Source of the DNA: Octopus sinensis
Taxonomy: Eukaryota
NCBI RefSeq assembly: GCF_006345805.1
Contig: NC_042999.1
Coordinates: forward strand, 23,808,001-23,872,000
Length of the DNA: 64,000 nt
Reading direction: 5' to 3'
Below are positions 38,842 to 52,110 of the stretch, in pieces. The translations under genes and the position numbers were made by a program. The notes beneath the pieces are model-generated. The model saw only the letters and a list, made by a program, of their open reading frames with translations, ran no database searches and was not told the origin of the DNA. Every line of letters starts with the position of its first letter. The stretch's first letter is position 1.

Positions 38842-38947
38842 TTTATTTAAAAGCAGCAGAAATATAACAAAAGCTGTTACTCCGACGAATGGGAACGTGA
38901 AACTCTGAGTAACAGCTTTTGTTATATTTCTGCTGCTTTTAAATAAA
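38842..38947. repeat. Perfect 41-bp inverted repeat with a 24-nt loop
   Basis: 38842-38882 is the exact reverse complement of 38907-38947. Confidence 0.95.
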
Positions 38948-40590
38948 ATATAAATAATAATTTTAAATTTAAATAATTAAAATTTTTTAAATTCTAAATT
39001 TCATATTTTATATATTTTGTAAATTATATTAATTATTTTTATTTTTATGTTTTGGTTTATGTTTTTCACTGTTTGATTTGCCTAATAGTGGTTTTATCTC
39101 TAATTTAATTTATATATATATATACACGGATACCCACGCATATATATACACACACATTGGAATGACAGGAAATACCTTCAAAGCGAGAGACACACCATTT
39201 GGGTTCGTTTAGATATAAGAATAAAAGGGATGCTAATCTCTTTGCCTAATATGGCATGAAACGTCGACAACCTACCCAAATTAAATTGAGTATCATATCT
39301 AAGCTCAGCAAATACAAGGGATGAGGCAGTAGACGAAATCTGTATATCTATATCAGAGAAAAAAGCATAACTTCAACAGCGAACATTTTGAAATTTAGGG
39401 ATGTAAACCGCTCTCTCTGTATGCACAAACAACAATTTAAACGACGAATTTTCAAGCAAGACACCCTCGTCCACCTTGCCACATATCCAACAAGGATAAA
39501 TTTAAGACATGATATTGATTTTAAGAACAATACGCATAACAAACATTTACTTCTAGTAGCTTGTACGGCAGTTCTAAATTCAACAGGTATACTATACATA
39601 CGCATAACACATCTACAAGGCATCACACAATTTGCAAAATATTTTACGAACTTGTAATTTCATGGACTTTACACACGTTCAGAATCTGTTGAAATCCCAT
39701 AATTGATAAGAAACATTCACGTACGCTCCCAAAATACAGGAGTGTATCACATGTTGTATACACGAATATATATTAATACATACAAATATATTTATTTGTA
39801 ATGGCATAAAAAAGCCCCAAGGTTTTACTAAGTAAAATTACTAACAGGCTGTACTATTTTCCGATATACAAATTGAACTTTTGCGGACCAGAATTTACTG
39901 CTAAAATGAGTAGGCCAACTTATAAGCAAAGATGAATTTGGAAGACAAAACATTCTATGTGAAATGCAACATTATCTGGGAAAATAGTGTCGATGTTTGA
40001 ATGTTTACACTATATATTTACACTATATATTACGTCGATTTGTATGCCATAAAATATACTATTACGAAGTGATTTTGGTAACCCTTATTCTCTGAGTGAA
40101 ATTGAGTAGATGGGGGATGAAGCATAAGCTCAAAGAACTGATCTTCGGAAGTTGATAAAACTTAAAGGGAAACATTTGCCCTTTAGTGGGTTACTCACTG
40201 TTGTAAGAACACAGACCAGCTATTACAACCACGAAAAGTAGTAAAGAGATCTCTTGAAAACAAAATAACCAGTGTATCTTTATAATAATTAGTACGTTAG
40301 GTTTCGTATTAGCTAGATTCAACAATGCTCTTCAGTGTTGGTTGGGGTAAGAAATATTAGTAATTATAGAATTGGTAAACTGCAGAGAGAAGCCTAGGTC
40401 GATTCTTCATGGTTATGTGATTAACACAACCGTAGCAAAGCATGCGAGCCAAAAGCACACGGGACTCTCGGAAGGCATCGAAATCATTTTAATCTACGTC
40501 CAATTTGATGAAGCGAATGTTCTGCAATACAGTGCAAGCAAAATGAAACCTTTATGTACACACATTCACGCATATATGTGCACGCCCTTA

Positions 40591-41481
40591 CGCGAGGGTG
40601 AGTCAAAAATCATATGGACACTTGTATTCACTCCTGTCTTTTCAATGCACTTCTAGCGGTTCACAACTTGCTTATTCTATCGAAGACTTTCGGCTGGTCA
40701 CGCAGCCATTCATGCGTCGCTTCTTGCTCTTCTTCACAGCAAATCGACGAACTCGTAAAGGATGTTTGGGCGACCCAAAAGAGGTGATTAACGGAAGGGG
40801 AGAGATCTGGAGTGTATGCAGGGTTTTCCAGCAGCTAAAAATAAAATTTTTCAATGGTTTCAATGGTGTGGGCGGCCGTATATGGGGTGGGCGTGAATTG
40901 TCGTGCTACAATAAAACTTATTTGATGGTAGACCTCGGCGTTTGGTGCAAATTACTGGTTTCAATTTGTTGACTAACATTCTACTGTTACTGGCGACTGT
41001 AGACCCACTTTCCAGGTAATGTTCTTGCATAGGCCCTTTTACACATAAAAAAACAGTTAATGTAATTTATTCTTTGGAAGTTTGAGTTTTTAATGTCTTT
41101 TACGCTTGTGATTTTGGGTGTCTCTACTCTATACTCTGCTGTTTCGATTCTGAATCAAAGTCTCATCCGTGGCTCTTTCCAAAAAACACTTTCCCTTCAT
41201 CGTTGTAGCAGTTGAGTAAGCGTTGGCAGATATCCACAAACTCCGTTTATGCACTTCTGCAAGCTATCTTGGCACCCATGTCGCACAAACCTTACAGAAG
41301 CGAAGTTTGCCGTGGATAATTTCGTATGCAGAACCATGACTAATTTGTAGAGAACATGCCACCTCATCAATGTTCACTCGTCAGTATGCCAGAACCATCT
41401 CTTGAGCTCTTGAAATCTTCACTTTAGCGATGGAGGTTATTGGCACCCTTCTCCCTCTTCGTGTTTCATTCTTGTTTGGCA
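40591..41481 (-). mobile_element. Degenerate mariner, cut by the assembly gap
   Basis: Remnants of YSPDL (YTPDL), FGSPKHPLRVRRF and DET; TA followed by a CGAGGGTGAGTC-like end. Confidence 0.7.
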
Positions 41482-41581
41482 NNNNNNNNNNNNNNNNNNN
41501 NNNNNNNNNNNNNNNNNNNNNNNNNNNNNNNNNNNNNNNNNNNNNNNNNNNNNNNNNNNNNNNNNNNNNNNNNNNNNNNNN
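41482..41581. other. Assembly gap (exactly 100 N, true size unknown)
   Basis: Direct reading. Confidence 1.
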
Positions 41582-41702
41582 GAGCTACAGTCTTAGAAAC
41601 ACCATCAATATTCTACTGGAAAATTTTAAAGTTTCATCAAATGTTCAGTCCATAAATATACATTGGTATAATAAGGTTCTCATTTATTGAATTTACCTAC
41701 AG

Positions 41703-41886
41703 GTTAATGAGGAAATTATATCAGCAGATTGTAAAACAAAGAAAATATGTAAACCTGGTAACGAAATAGTAACAGAAAATATCACTCCTTGTGGTGAAAA
41801 CAGCCATTGTGGAATTGAAAGTGGGAGATATGCATGTGTTTGTAAGGAAAATTTCATTCTTCAGAACGGAAAATGTGTTCACGCTG
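41703..41886 (+). CDS. Gene B TILa/EGF-like exon
   Basis: [61 protein letters not shown]. Confidence 0.9.
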
Positions 41887-44800
41887 GTGAGTAATATTTT
41901 TATAATTATCATTAATGCATTTTCACTGAACTGGTAATTTTAGGAAAATAATTTGTTTTCAAGTATAATTGTAATACAGGTTTGAAATTCTTGTCGAAGC
42001 CCACTAATTTCAAATGAGGTGGTAAGTATATAAAATGGAGACCAGTCCTGAAGTAGCAGCTGTTCTATCGACACCTTAAGAATGCAAAGGCAAAGTTTAC
42101 CTGGGCGGAATCTGGACCCAATATGCCACGATGGACGAATTTCTGCTAAGCGTTTCTTGCGGTGCAGAAATTATTCTGCCTACACGCTCCATTAATTCTT
42201 ATAACAATGGTTACAAATTTTAGCAGAAGGTCAACAACTTCGTGGGAGGAGTTAAACTGATTACGTCAACGGAAGTGCTGAAGTGGTCCTTATTTGATTT
42301 TTTTCTGAGAGAATGAAAGGCAAAATCAACCACTGCGTTATTTGAACTCAGAACGTAAAAACAAACAACATGCGGCTAATCATTTTGCCCGGCGCAGTAA
42401 CGATTCTGCCAGTTCGCTGCCTGAGCTACAGATAGAAATAACAAAATGCAAATATTAGGTTAACACCTCTTTGAACTGAATAAGTCAATGATTGCCAGTG
42501 TGATGTGGACAAGATAAAGTTTAAATTTTTAAAGCAAAGTTTAAACTTTACAAAATAAAGATTAGTTTTGAATATGAAAAAAAATCTACCGTCCAATCTC
42601 ACACAATCATCAAAATATTTAAGATAGTGTTGAGATCAAGAGTCACAGCCTTCCTGGAGCAAAATCATCTCTTTAAATTGCAACCAGCATGACTTTCGTG
42701 GTGTGAGGGACTGTCTAATAGGGATCCTACATCACTTTGATGACATCTTAAATGCACTACATGAGAGTTCCAGCGTGGATGTCATACCCTTGATTTCAGC
42801 AAGGCTTTTGACAGATGTGACCACAATATACTGTTAACCCTTTAGTGTTCAGATTACTCTGTTAAATGTAATACTTTTTTCACTCAAATTGTTTTGAATT
42901 AATCATGCATTATCTTATAGCTTTGAAGTTTCAATGGTATGATAGTTTATTCTTAGAATGTCAATGTAGGTTAGGTGTGAGAGGCTAAATATGGCCAGTT
43001 TGAATGTAAAAACATGTAGGATATTTGGGCTGGATATGGCCGGCTTAAACACCTTAAGGACACATTCCAACGCTGGAGTCGGTGGAAAGCAGCATCAATG
43101 GATAAAGTATTTCTTAACAAACAGGACACAGCATGTTGTGATTGATGGCATCCATTCAAGACAAGCAAAAGTCATCAGTGGTGTCTCGCAGGGTACTGTG
43201 CTGGGACCACTTCTTTTTATTGTCAATATCAATGACATCGCAGATTCCATTGAACATATCACCATTAAAATATTTACACATGACTCTAAGCTCCTGAAAG
43301 TCATTAAGAGAGCATATGATCGAACGCCACTTCAATCGGACCTATGCGCAGTAACCCATTGGACACACACAAAAGAAATCAATATGCAGTTGAAAGAAGT
43401 AAAATTTGAGCTCATTCTCTTTGAAAAAGTGGGCACACTCAAACAACCATATGCACTACCGTCGGGAAACCTACTTGAACCGTCGGATAATATCAGAAAC
43501 TTAGGTGTAACTAGCAGTATCACCCGGCGTTGCTCGGGTTTGTAAGGGAAATAACTATAAAGCATTTTTAGAGAGTTATAGCCAAAAAATAGCAAAAAAA
43601 TGCATTAAAAAAGGAGAAAATATGATGGTAAATTTTTTTTTAAATCGTTAACTCATCGTAGACATTTTTAGAGAGTTACTTCCCTTTAAAAAAATATGCA
43701 GTAAAATGGAAAAAATGATGGTAAATTATTTTTAAAATCGTAGACTCATTGTAGACGCGCGCTAATACACAGAAGGGTTCGATATGAATCACGACTATAA
43801 GATACCCGGTTTTGGCCAAACTGCACCGCAAAATGTGGGAGTAGTTAGGAATCTAAATCGGAGTAGACAGACACACAACCTTACTTTTATATATAAAGAC
43901 TAGCAGTAGCGCCCGGCGTTGCTCGGGTTTGTAAGGGAAATAACTATATAAGCATTTTTAGAGAGTTACTTCCCTTATAAATTCGGGCTTTCTTAGCCAT
44001 TTTTGTTTTGGTGTCTTCAAGCCATGAAGTCGTTGATCTAAAAGAACGCTGGTTTCCTTCACAATGCATTACGACGTTGATTTCTTTACACTCCCTTCCC
44101 CACAGCTTCACGAGGGAGGGAAGGGGGAGAAGCAAACAGGTGCAGCTGTGAGCGTGGACGCCAACTCCGCCGCCATCGACATACGATGCATTTTATGCAT
44201 TAAAATGGAATAAAAAATTATGTTAAATTATTTTAAAAATCGTAGACTCATCGTTGACGCGCGCTAATAGTCAGACGGGCTCGATATGAATCACGACTAT
44301 AAGATACCCGAATTTGGTTAAACTGCACCGCAAAATGTGGGAGGAGTTAGGAATCTAAATCGAAGGGGACAGACACTCACACAACTAGAGTTTTATATAT
44401 ATAGATTGTCGACAACAACCTTAGTTGCAGTGTGGACATCAACAAAAAAGTCGATGTTGCCTGCAGAATGTTCTCATAGATGCTCAGAACTTTTCAATCT
44501 AGGGATTATGAAAACATCGTCCTTCTCTTCTCCACATTCGCTAGGCTCCACCTTGAATACTGCTTTCCATTATGGCTCCCTAGAAAAAGCAAGACATAAT
44601 GAGGATGGAAGCGCACATTGTGCAATCACTTAAAAAAATAAATGGCATGATGGGACTTGATTATTGGGCTTGAGTTAAAGAGCTGAAACTGTACCTTATG
44701 TGCAAGTGGAGGCGTAATGGCCCAGTGGTTAGGGCAGCGGACTCGCGGTCGGAGGATCGCAGTTTCGATTCCCAGACCGGGCGTTGTGTGTGTTTATTGA

Positions 44801-47088
44801 GCGAAATCACCTAAAGCTCCACGAGGCTCCGGTAGGGGGTGGTGGCGACTCCTGTTATACTCTTTCGCTCCAACTTTCTCTCACTCTTTCTTCCTGTTTC
44901 TTGTCCCCGACTTCCTACGCCACCGCTGAGCCTGGATGTGCATTCATCCATCCGTTGATGCTCTCGGTGTCGGGGGTTGACCTGCTTTCTCTTCTGCGGG
45001 TCTTACGAATAGCAAAGGACCACGCTTCGGACTTCTCCCTCTAATGTGACGAAGACCGCTTCGCTCAACAAACAAACAAACAAACAAACAAACCTTATGT
45101 GCAACATGTGGAAAATATTCCATCAATAATATCCAAACGATATTGGTATGATAAAGGCGGCGAGCTGGCAGAAACGGTAGCACGCCGGACGAAATGCGAA
45201 GCCGTATTTCGTCTGCCGTTACGTTCTGAGTTCAAATTCCGCCGAGGTCGACTTTGCCTTTCATCCTTTCGGGGTCGATAAATTAAGTACCAGTTACGCA
45301 CTGGGGTCGATGTAATCGACTTAATTTCCTTGTCTGTCCTCTCTGTGTTTAGCCCCCTGTGGGTAGTAAAGAAATAGGTATTGGTATAATATTTAGAATT
45401 CAGGCAAGACTAGGCCGCCGTGCAGTGCGTCCCCTTCAAATGTCCATATCGCATCACATAAGAACATTGTGACACAATTTCTTCACTGCAAATTGTCTTG
45501 TTCTTTTCAATGTTATCTCGAAAGAAATTAAAGTAGAAAAATACCTCACAACTTTCAATCGGTGTGTGTTCTGGCAAGCATTAAAACAGTTTCTTTTATA
45601 CATCTATGTAAATAAGAAAGATGGTTCGTATCGTGACTTAGTTTTAGATAAATGACCTATGATTTAAAAAAATAGCGTATTTCTTGTATAGCGACTGTAA
45701 CTGGAGCCAATAGTGACCCTCTTGCTAGAAATCAAGACCAATCGCCTTTAAAATTCAAAAGATACATTAGATGTTACTGTTCCAGATATCTTTAATAATA
45801 TGGTGTGGTCGCGGCGGCTGGAAAGCCTTTGATTATATGCCAGCTTGATCAGGATTGACCTTTAGCTAAACAGATATAGCATAATTAAATTTCAGAATGA
45901 GATCGAAACAGTAATTGCTCGATAATGTAAAGTATAGAAGCCATCTTATCATGGCTAACCACATTGGGGAGGGGGTGTTACTGTAGCTTTATAGCCCCAA
46001 GAGATCGTCGTCTCTAGCTGGCTCATTCTGAGATTTAATTATGCTTACTGTCAGTTTTTCGACATCAGTGGCAGACGTCACTAGAAAAACTTATATATTT
46101 GCAAAGCAGCCTTCACTTTCATCGCGACCTGGTGGTTACCGCCCGTTGACAAGGGAGAAAAATCCCGAAACTAGTCCGAGCGTACCACTCAGGCTTGCGA
46201 GGAAGGGATGGCCTCCCTTTGCAAATACTCCAAGGGCACTGATATGGTGTCTAAAGCCAGCTAGAGACGACGATCTCTTGGGGCTATAAAGCTACAGTAA
46301 CACTCCCTCTCCAATGTGGTTAGCTATGATAAGATGGCTTCTATACTTTACATCATAAACAGATATAGTTTCTGAAGAATTAATTCTGACAAAAGACCGT
46401 TATAGTATGACGATGTTATTATCACTCATTGCAGATACCTCTAAAATGCATAATGATTGCAATATTTACGTAGATCTCGAAGACACAAATGTGTTATAAT
46501 TCTAATATTTTAATATAGATTTATATAATTCTATTTTCTTTTGAATGGTAAATCTCGGAAAAGACAAATCTACAAGAAACAGCGTGTAGGATTGATTTAA
46601 CAACCCCTTAGATACACGTTATTCTTTATAGCTTTGTTTGATTCGAGATCCACTGTTTCAAAAATAACTATTATTTCATGTTGTCTTAAAATTTATAAAT
46701 TCTTTTCACATTAAGAAATATTTATATTTCCTAGTTAATCCGTGCCAAAATAATCCGTGTAAAAACGGTGGAACTTGTATAAATAAGGGTTTCGATTACA
46801 CATGTCAGTGTACAGCAAACTATTTTGGACGTTTTTGCGAACAAGGTAAGCCTAACACATTCTACTATAATTCTATAATTCTGGTTTTGCTGTGTTATTT
46901 TAAAGGGGGTTAATTTTCATATGATGCCTAATGCGATAAGGACGTCTTATCAAATCATATTTTCAACAATATTGCGATATTGTGATATTCGGCAGTATTT
47001 ACCCAAAAGGTCCTGTCCCTGCTCCTCCTCTTCTTACTCCTCTGCTGCTGCTCCTGTTCCTCCTCATCCTCCATATCCTCATCATCAC

Positions 47089-47124
<36 letters not shown>

Positions 47125-47277
47125 TATCATCATCATCAGTCATTTGACTGCGGCCATACTGGAGCACCGCCTTTGGTCGAGCAAATCGACCCCAGGACTT
47201 ATTCTTTGTAAGCCTAGTACTTATTCTATCGGTCGTCAAGCGATGTTGGGGGGCCAAACACAGACACAGACAGACAG

Positions 47278-47321
<44 letters not shown>

Positions 47322-49280
47322 GCATACATATACATATATATACGACGGGCTTCTTTCAGTTTCCGTCTACCAAATCCACTTACAAGGCTTTGGTTGGCCC
47401 GAGGCTATAGTAGAAGACACTTGCCCAAGGTGCCACGCATTGGGACTGAACCCGAAACCATGTGGCTGGTAAGCAAGCTACTTACCACACAGCCACTCCT
47501 GCGCATCTTTACATTTTGAGTTCCGTCGAGATAGATTTCGCCTTTCTCTCTTTCGGAACCGATTTAATAAGTACCACTTGAACATAAGAGGCGATGTAAT
47601 CAACTAATATCCTTCCCCATACTTCAGTCCTTGCACCTATAGCAGAAAGAAATACTGGTTTTCAAAATTTGGCACAAAGCCAGCGAATTCCGGGGAGAGG
47701 AGGCTAATGAATTAGATCGACCCCAGTGTATCACTGGTACTTATTTTATCGACTCCAAATGGATGAAAGGTAAAGTTAACCTCGGCGGAATTTGAACTCA
47801 GAACGTAAGGACAGACAGATTGCCGCTAAGCATCTTTCTCGGCGTGCTAACCACTCTGCTAACTTATAGTAGGAAGAAATATTATAGTAGGAAACTCTTT
47901 CATGGTGTTCAAAAGTCCTTAAAAAATTACAGGATATTTTCATTCAAAACGGAATAACGATTATTCCTTCTTCGTCAGTTTTATCTCTAAATGTAAATAT
48001 AAATGCAAGTCAACCCCTGTGTTAAATTTAAATTCTGACATCCTCTTTGATGCAAAATGAAAAAAAAAAACATAACGTAAGAAGGAAACCATTCTTCTGA
48101 GATCGGTGATGTCAAAGAAAAATAAACATTTTATAAAGTATACATAAAGAAATAAGTGCGTGCATCATGTAGAGAAAATAATTCGTATGTTTCGTGCAGA
48201 TGTCCTTCACCGGAGAAGAAATATAGAGAAATAGACGAGGTGGCACTGAAAAGTTCCATGCCTTTGGGTAAAAGAAAATATAGGAGGATCAGTTACTTAT
48301 AATTTTATTCAGCATATTCCCCTCTCAGATTTCATTTTTTTTCATTTTTTCCTTTCATCTAGCTTCAGCTCACGAGCTGTGGCCATGCTGGGGCACCGCC
48401 ATTCGATGTTGCTACATAATTTTACTTCACGAATGCTTTTTAGCAATTGACATTTGGTGCATGAGAGAGTTTGATGCAGCTGCCCTCATCTGCACCTCCT
48501 GCCGTGAAGTTGGTTCATCTGGGACACCTGACAGAAAGAGGTCCAGCTTTATTTTGAAGACATCTGCATCCACCCCATGCAGGTCTCTCAGGTCCTTCGG
48601 GAGGATATTGAAGAGCTGTGGACCTCTGAAGTCCAGGCTATCGCAATATCTTGTCCTACATCTTGATCTCAAATTTGGAGTCCTTGGTACTATGCAGTGG
48701 CGCCCAGTTCAAATTAATATACTTATTGTAGCGATCTTTCAGTTTTATAAACCCTATAAACAGAACACAGTAGTTTGGGCCTCCAACGAAGCCTTTGGCG
48801 ATACCCTTTCAGCCAGGAATATTAATCATTCTTCTCGTACTCGAAATTCGTAAATAGCGATTAAATGTGATGTTATGAGACTCGCTGTGTGTTTTACTTC
48901 CTATTTACTATTTCCTGTCTTTATTTTTCAGTTAGAAAATGTACATGTAATGTTTATGGTGATCGTCATTACAAGACATTTGATGGAGAAAGGATATACT
49001 TCGTGGGAGGCTGTAAATATTCTTTGGCGACAACTAAACAAGGATACAATAACACATATTTTTCTGTCGAAGTAAAGAATGAACATCGAAGGATTGAACA
49101 TGTCACTTATACGCGCTCTCGCTCTCTGGATATAAAGTTGGAAAATAATACCACAATAAGCTTACTGCCAGCCAATAGAATTTTGGTAATGTGGAATATC
49201 TCTTGTTGTTGTTGTTGTTGTTGTTGTTGTTCTTCTTCTTCTTCTTCTTCTTCTTCTTCTTCTTCTTCTTCTTCTTCCTC

Positions 49281-49318
<38 letters not shown>

Positions 49319-49948
49319 CTTCTTCTTCTTCTTCTTCTTCTTCTTCTTCTTCTTCTTCTTCCTCTTGTTGTTGTTGTTGTTGTTGTTGTTGCTCTTCTTC
49401 TTCTTCTTCTTCTTCTTCTTCTTCTTTTTCTCGTCGACAACTATGATTGTCACACGCCGATGATAGGTCAATACCTTGAAACTCGAGTCCGTGTGTATCA
49501 TAAGTTGAAGACGGGAAGGATGACTTGCCTTCACAAATACTGATAGGGCACAGAAAGTGTGTCTATAGCCAGCTGGAGGAAGTGTCTTCCTGGAGCTACA
49601 AACTACAGTAGCATCCACCCTTAGGGGTTAGCCATATTCAAATGGCACGATATATATATATACGTCACGATATATATATATATTTATATATATATATGTA
49701 TGTATATATATATAAATATATATAAATCCCCCTGCCCCCAAAAAACAAGGAACAACAAAAAACAACAATGCGTGTACGTGGTACATGTAAAGTATTAAAA
49801 GACGCTCAGGGAAGGAAAGATGGTTTACGTTTCGAGCAAAGCTCTTCTTCAGAAACAGGAGACAGAGGAAAGTCCAGTAGAAGACGGAGGAAAAAGATCG
49901 CCAACGATTCACATGTGGTTACATTTTGAAACACACACACACACACAT

Positions 49949-49983
<35 letters not shown>

Positions 49984-51322
49984 GACACATATATATATAT
50001 CAAGAATAATAATAAGGCTTATTATGAAGTGGCATAGCATTATGTAACTGAAAGCCAACCGGTAAACGATTTTAGTAATTCCTTACTATTTACACACAAA
50101 CACACAAGCACACATACTGTTTATATCATTTTCATTTATGTTTTTATTTTAGATGAACTCAGTAGAACGATCTCCCCCAATCATAAAGTATGGAGACTTT
50201 TCTGTCAATTTCGCCGTCGGTTGGGTAACGGTTACTACCAGATGGGGATTGACAGTGAGATTTGATGGAAAACATCGAATTTCTGTGAGCCTTCCCTTAT
50301 CATTCGCTAATAAACTGACCGGCATCTGTGGTAACTGTAATGGAATCAAAGATGATCTCCGCACAAAGTCTGGACAAGATGTTTCATCACACCCAAATAA
50401 ATTTACTTTAATTGGAGATAGTTACCAAATCGCTGATGACTCTGATAAGCTCGAAGATAGGTAAGGGCTAATTAGCTAATTATTCACAAATTAGAGTAAC
50501 GATTGAGAGAGTTATATTTTTCTAACATTGCAATAGGCAATGATAATTTTATATTTTTAAGCACTTATTATGGAAGCACTCCGTCGGTTACGACGATGAG
50601 GGTTCCGGTTGATCCGAATCAACGGAACAGCCTGCTCGTGAAATTAACGTGTAAGTGGCTGAGCACTCCACAGACACGTGTACCCTTAACGTAGTTCTCG
50701 GGGATATTCAGCGTGACACAGAGAGTGACAAGGCCGGCCCTTTGAAATACAGGTACAATAGAAACAGAAAGAAAGAGTGAGAGAGAAAGTTGTGGTGAAA
50801 GAGTACAGCAGGGATCACCACCATCCCCTGCCGGAGCCTCGTGGAGCTTTAGGTGTTTTCGCTCAATAAACACTCACAACGCCCGGTCTGGGAATCGAAA
50901 CCGCGATCCTTTGACCGCGAGTCTGCTGCCTTAACCACTGGGCCATTACGCCTCTTTTAAGCACTAAACGTCTATACAATATGCTCTTTCAAGACGAATA
51001 CCGAAGTATTACGAGTTGTTACAGTGCATACACATTAAGTAGGATATAAAGATAAGTATTCAGTACTGATGTTGTTTCCGTCGCTAATATCTAAAGAGAA
51101 GTGTATTGAAAGCTTATAAAGGGGCAGGCGTAGCTGTGTGGTAAGAAGCTTGTTTGCCAACCACATGGTTCCGTGTTCAGTTCCACTGCGTGGCACCTTA
51201 GGCAAGTGTCTTCTACTATAGCCTCGGTCCTCGGGTCGGCCAAAGCCTTGTGAGTAAATTTGGTCGACGGAAACTGAAAGAAAGCCGTCGTATTATATAC
51301 ATACATACATACATACATACAT

Positions 51323-51376
<54 letters not shown>

Positions 51377-51380
51377 ATAC

Positions 51381-51447
<67 letters not shown>

Positions 51448-52032
51448 TGCAGCGGGCTTCTTTCAGTTTCCGTCTATCAAATCCACTCACAAGGCTTTGG
51501 TCGGCCCGAGGCTATAGTTGAAGACACTTGCCCAAGGTGCCACGCAGTGGGACCGCACCCGGAACCATGTGTTTCGTAAGCAAGCTAATTACCACACAGC
51601 CACTCCTACGCCTGGTATACTCTCTCTTTTACTCTTTTACTTGTTTCAGTCATTTGACTGCGGCCATGCTGGAGCACCGCCTTTAGTCGAGCAAACCGAC
51701 CCCGGGACTTATTCTTTTGTAAGCCCAGTACTTATTCTATCGGTCTCTTTTGCCGAACCGCTAAGTGACGGGGACGTAAACACACCAGCATCGGTTGTCA
51801 AGCAATGCTAGGGGGACAAACACAGACACACAAACACACACAAATACATATATATATATATATATAGATATATACGACAGGCTTCTTTCAGTTTCCGTCT
51901 ACCAAATCCACTCACAAGGCATTGGTCGGCCCGGGGCTATAGCAGAAGACACTTGCCCAAGATGCCACGCAGTGGGACTGAACCCGGAACCATGTGCTTG
52001 GTTAGCAAGCTACTTACTACACAGCCACTCCT

Positions 52033-52110
<78 letters not shown>

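Noticed and set aside
44707-44780. tRNA-like sequences (also about 23210-23290, 30310-30380, 36655-36720, 50880-50955 and 62158-62230)
   Set aside because: They have A and B boxes but run on into SINE bodies and give no convincing cloverleaf, so they are SINE heads rather than tRNA genes.
49103-49618. Poly-K/N, poly-R/T, poly-L/F and poly-C/S ORFs
   Set aside because: They come from the (TGT)n/(TCT)n tract, which lies after the GT donor at 49186 and is intronic.
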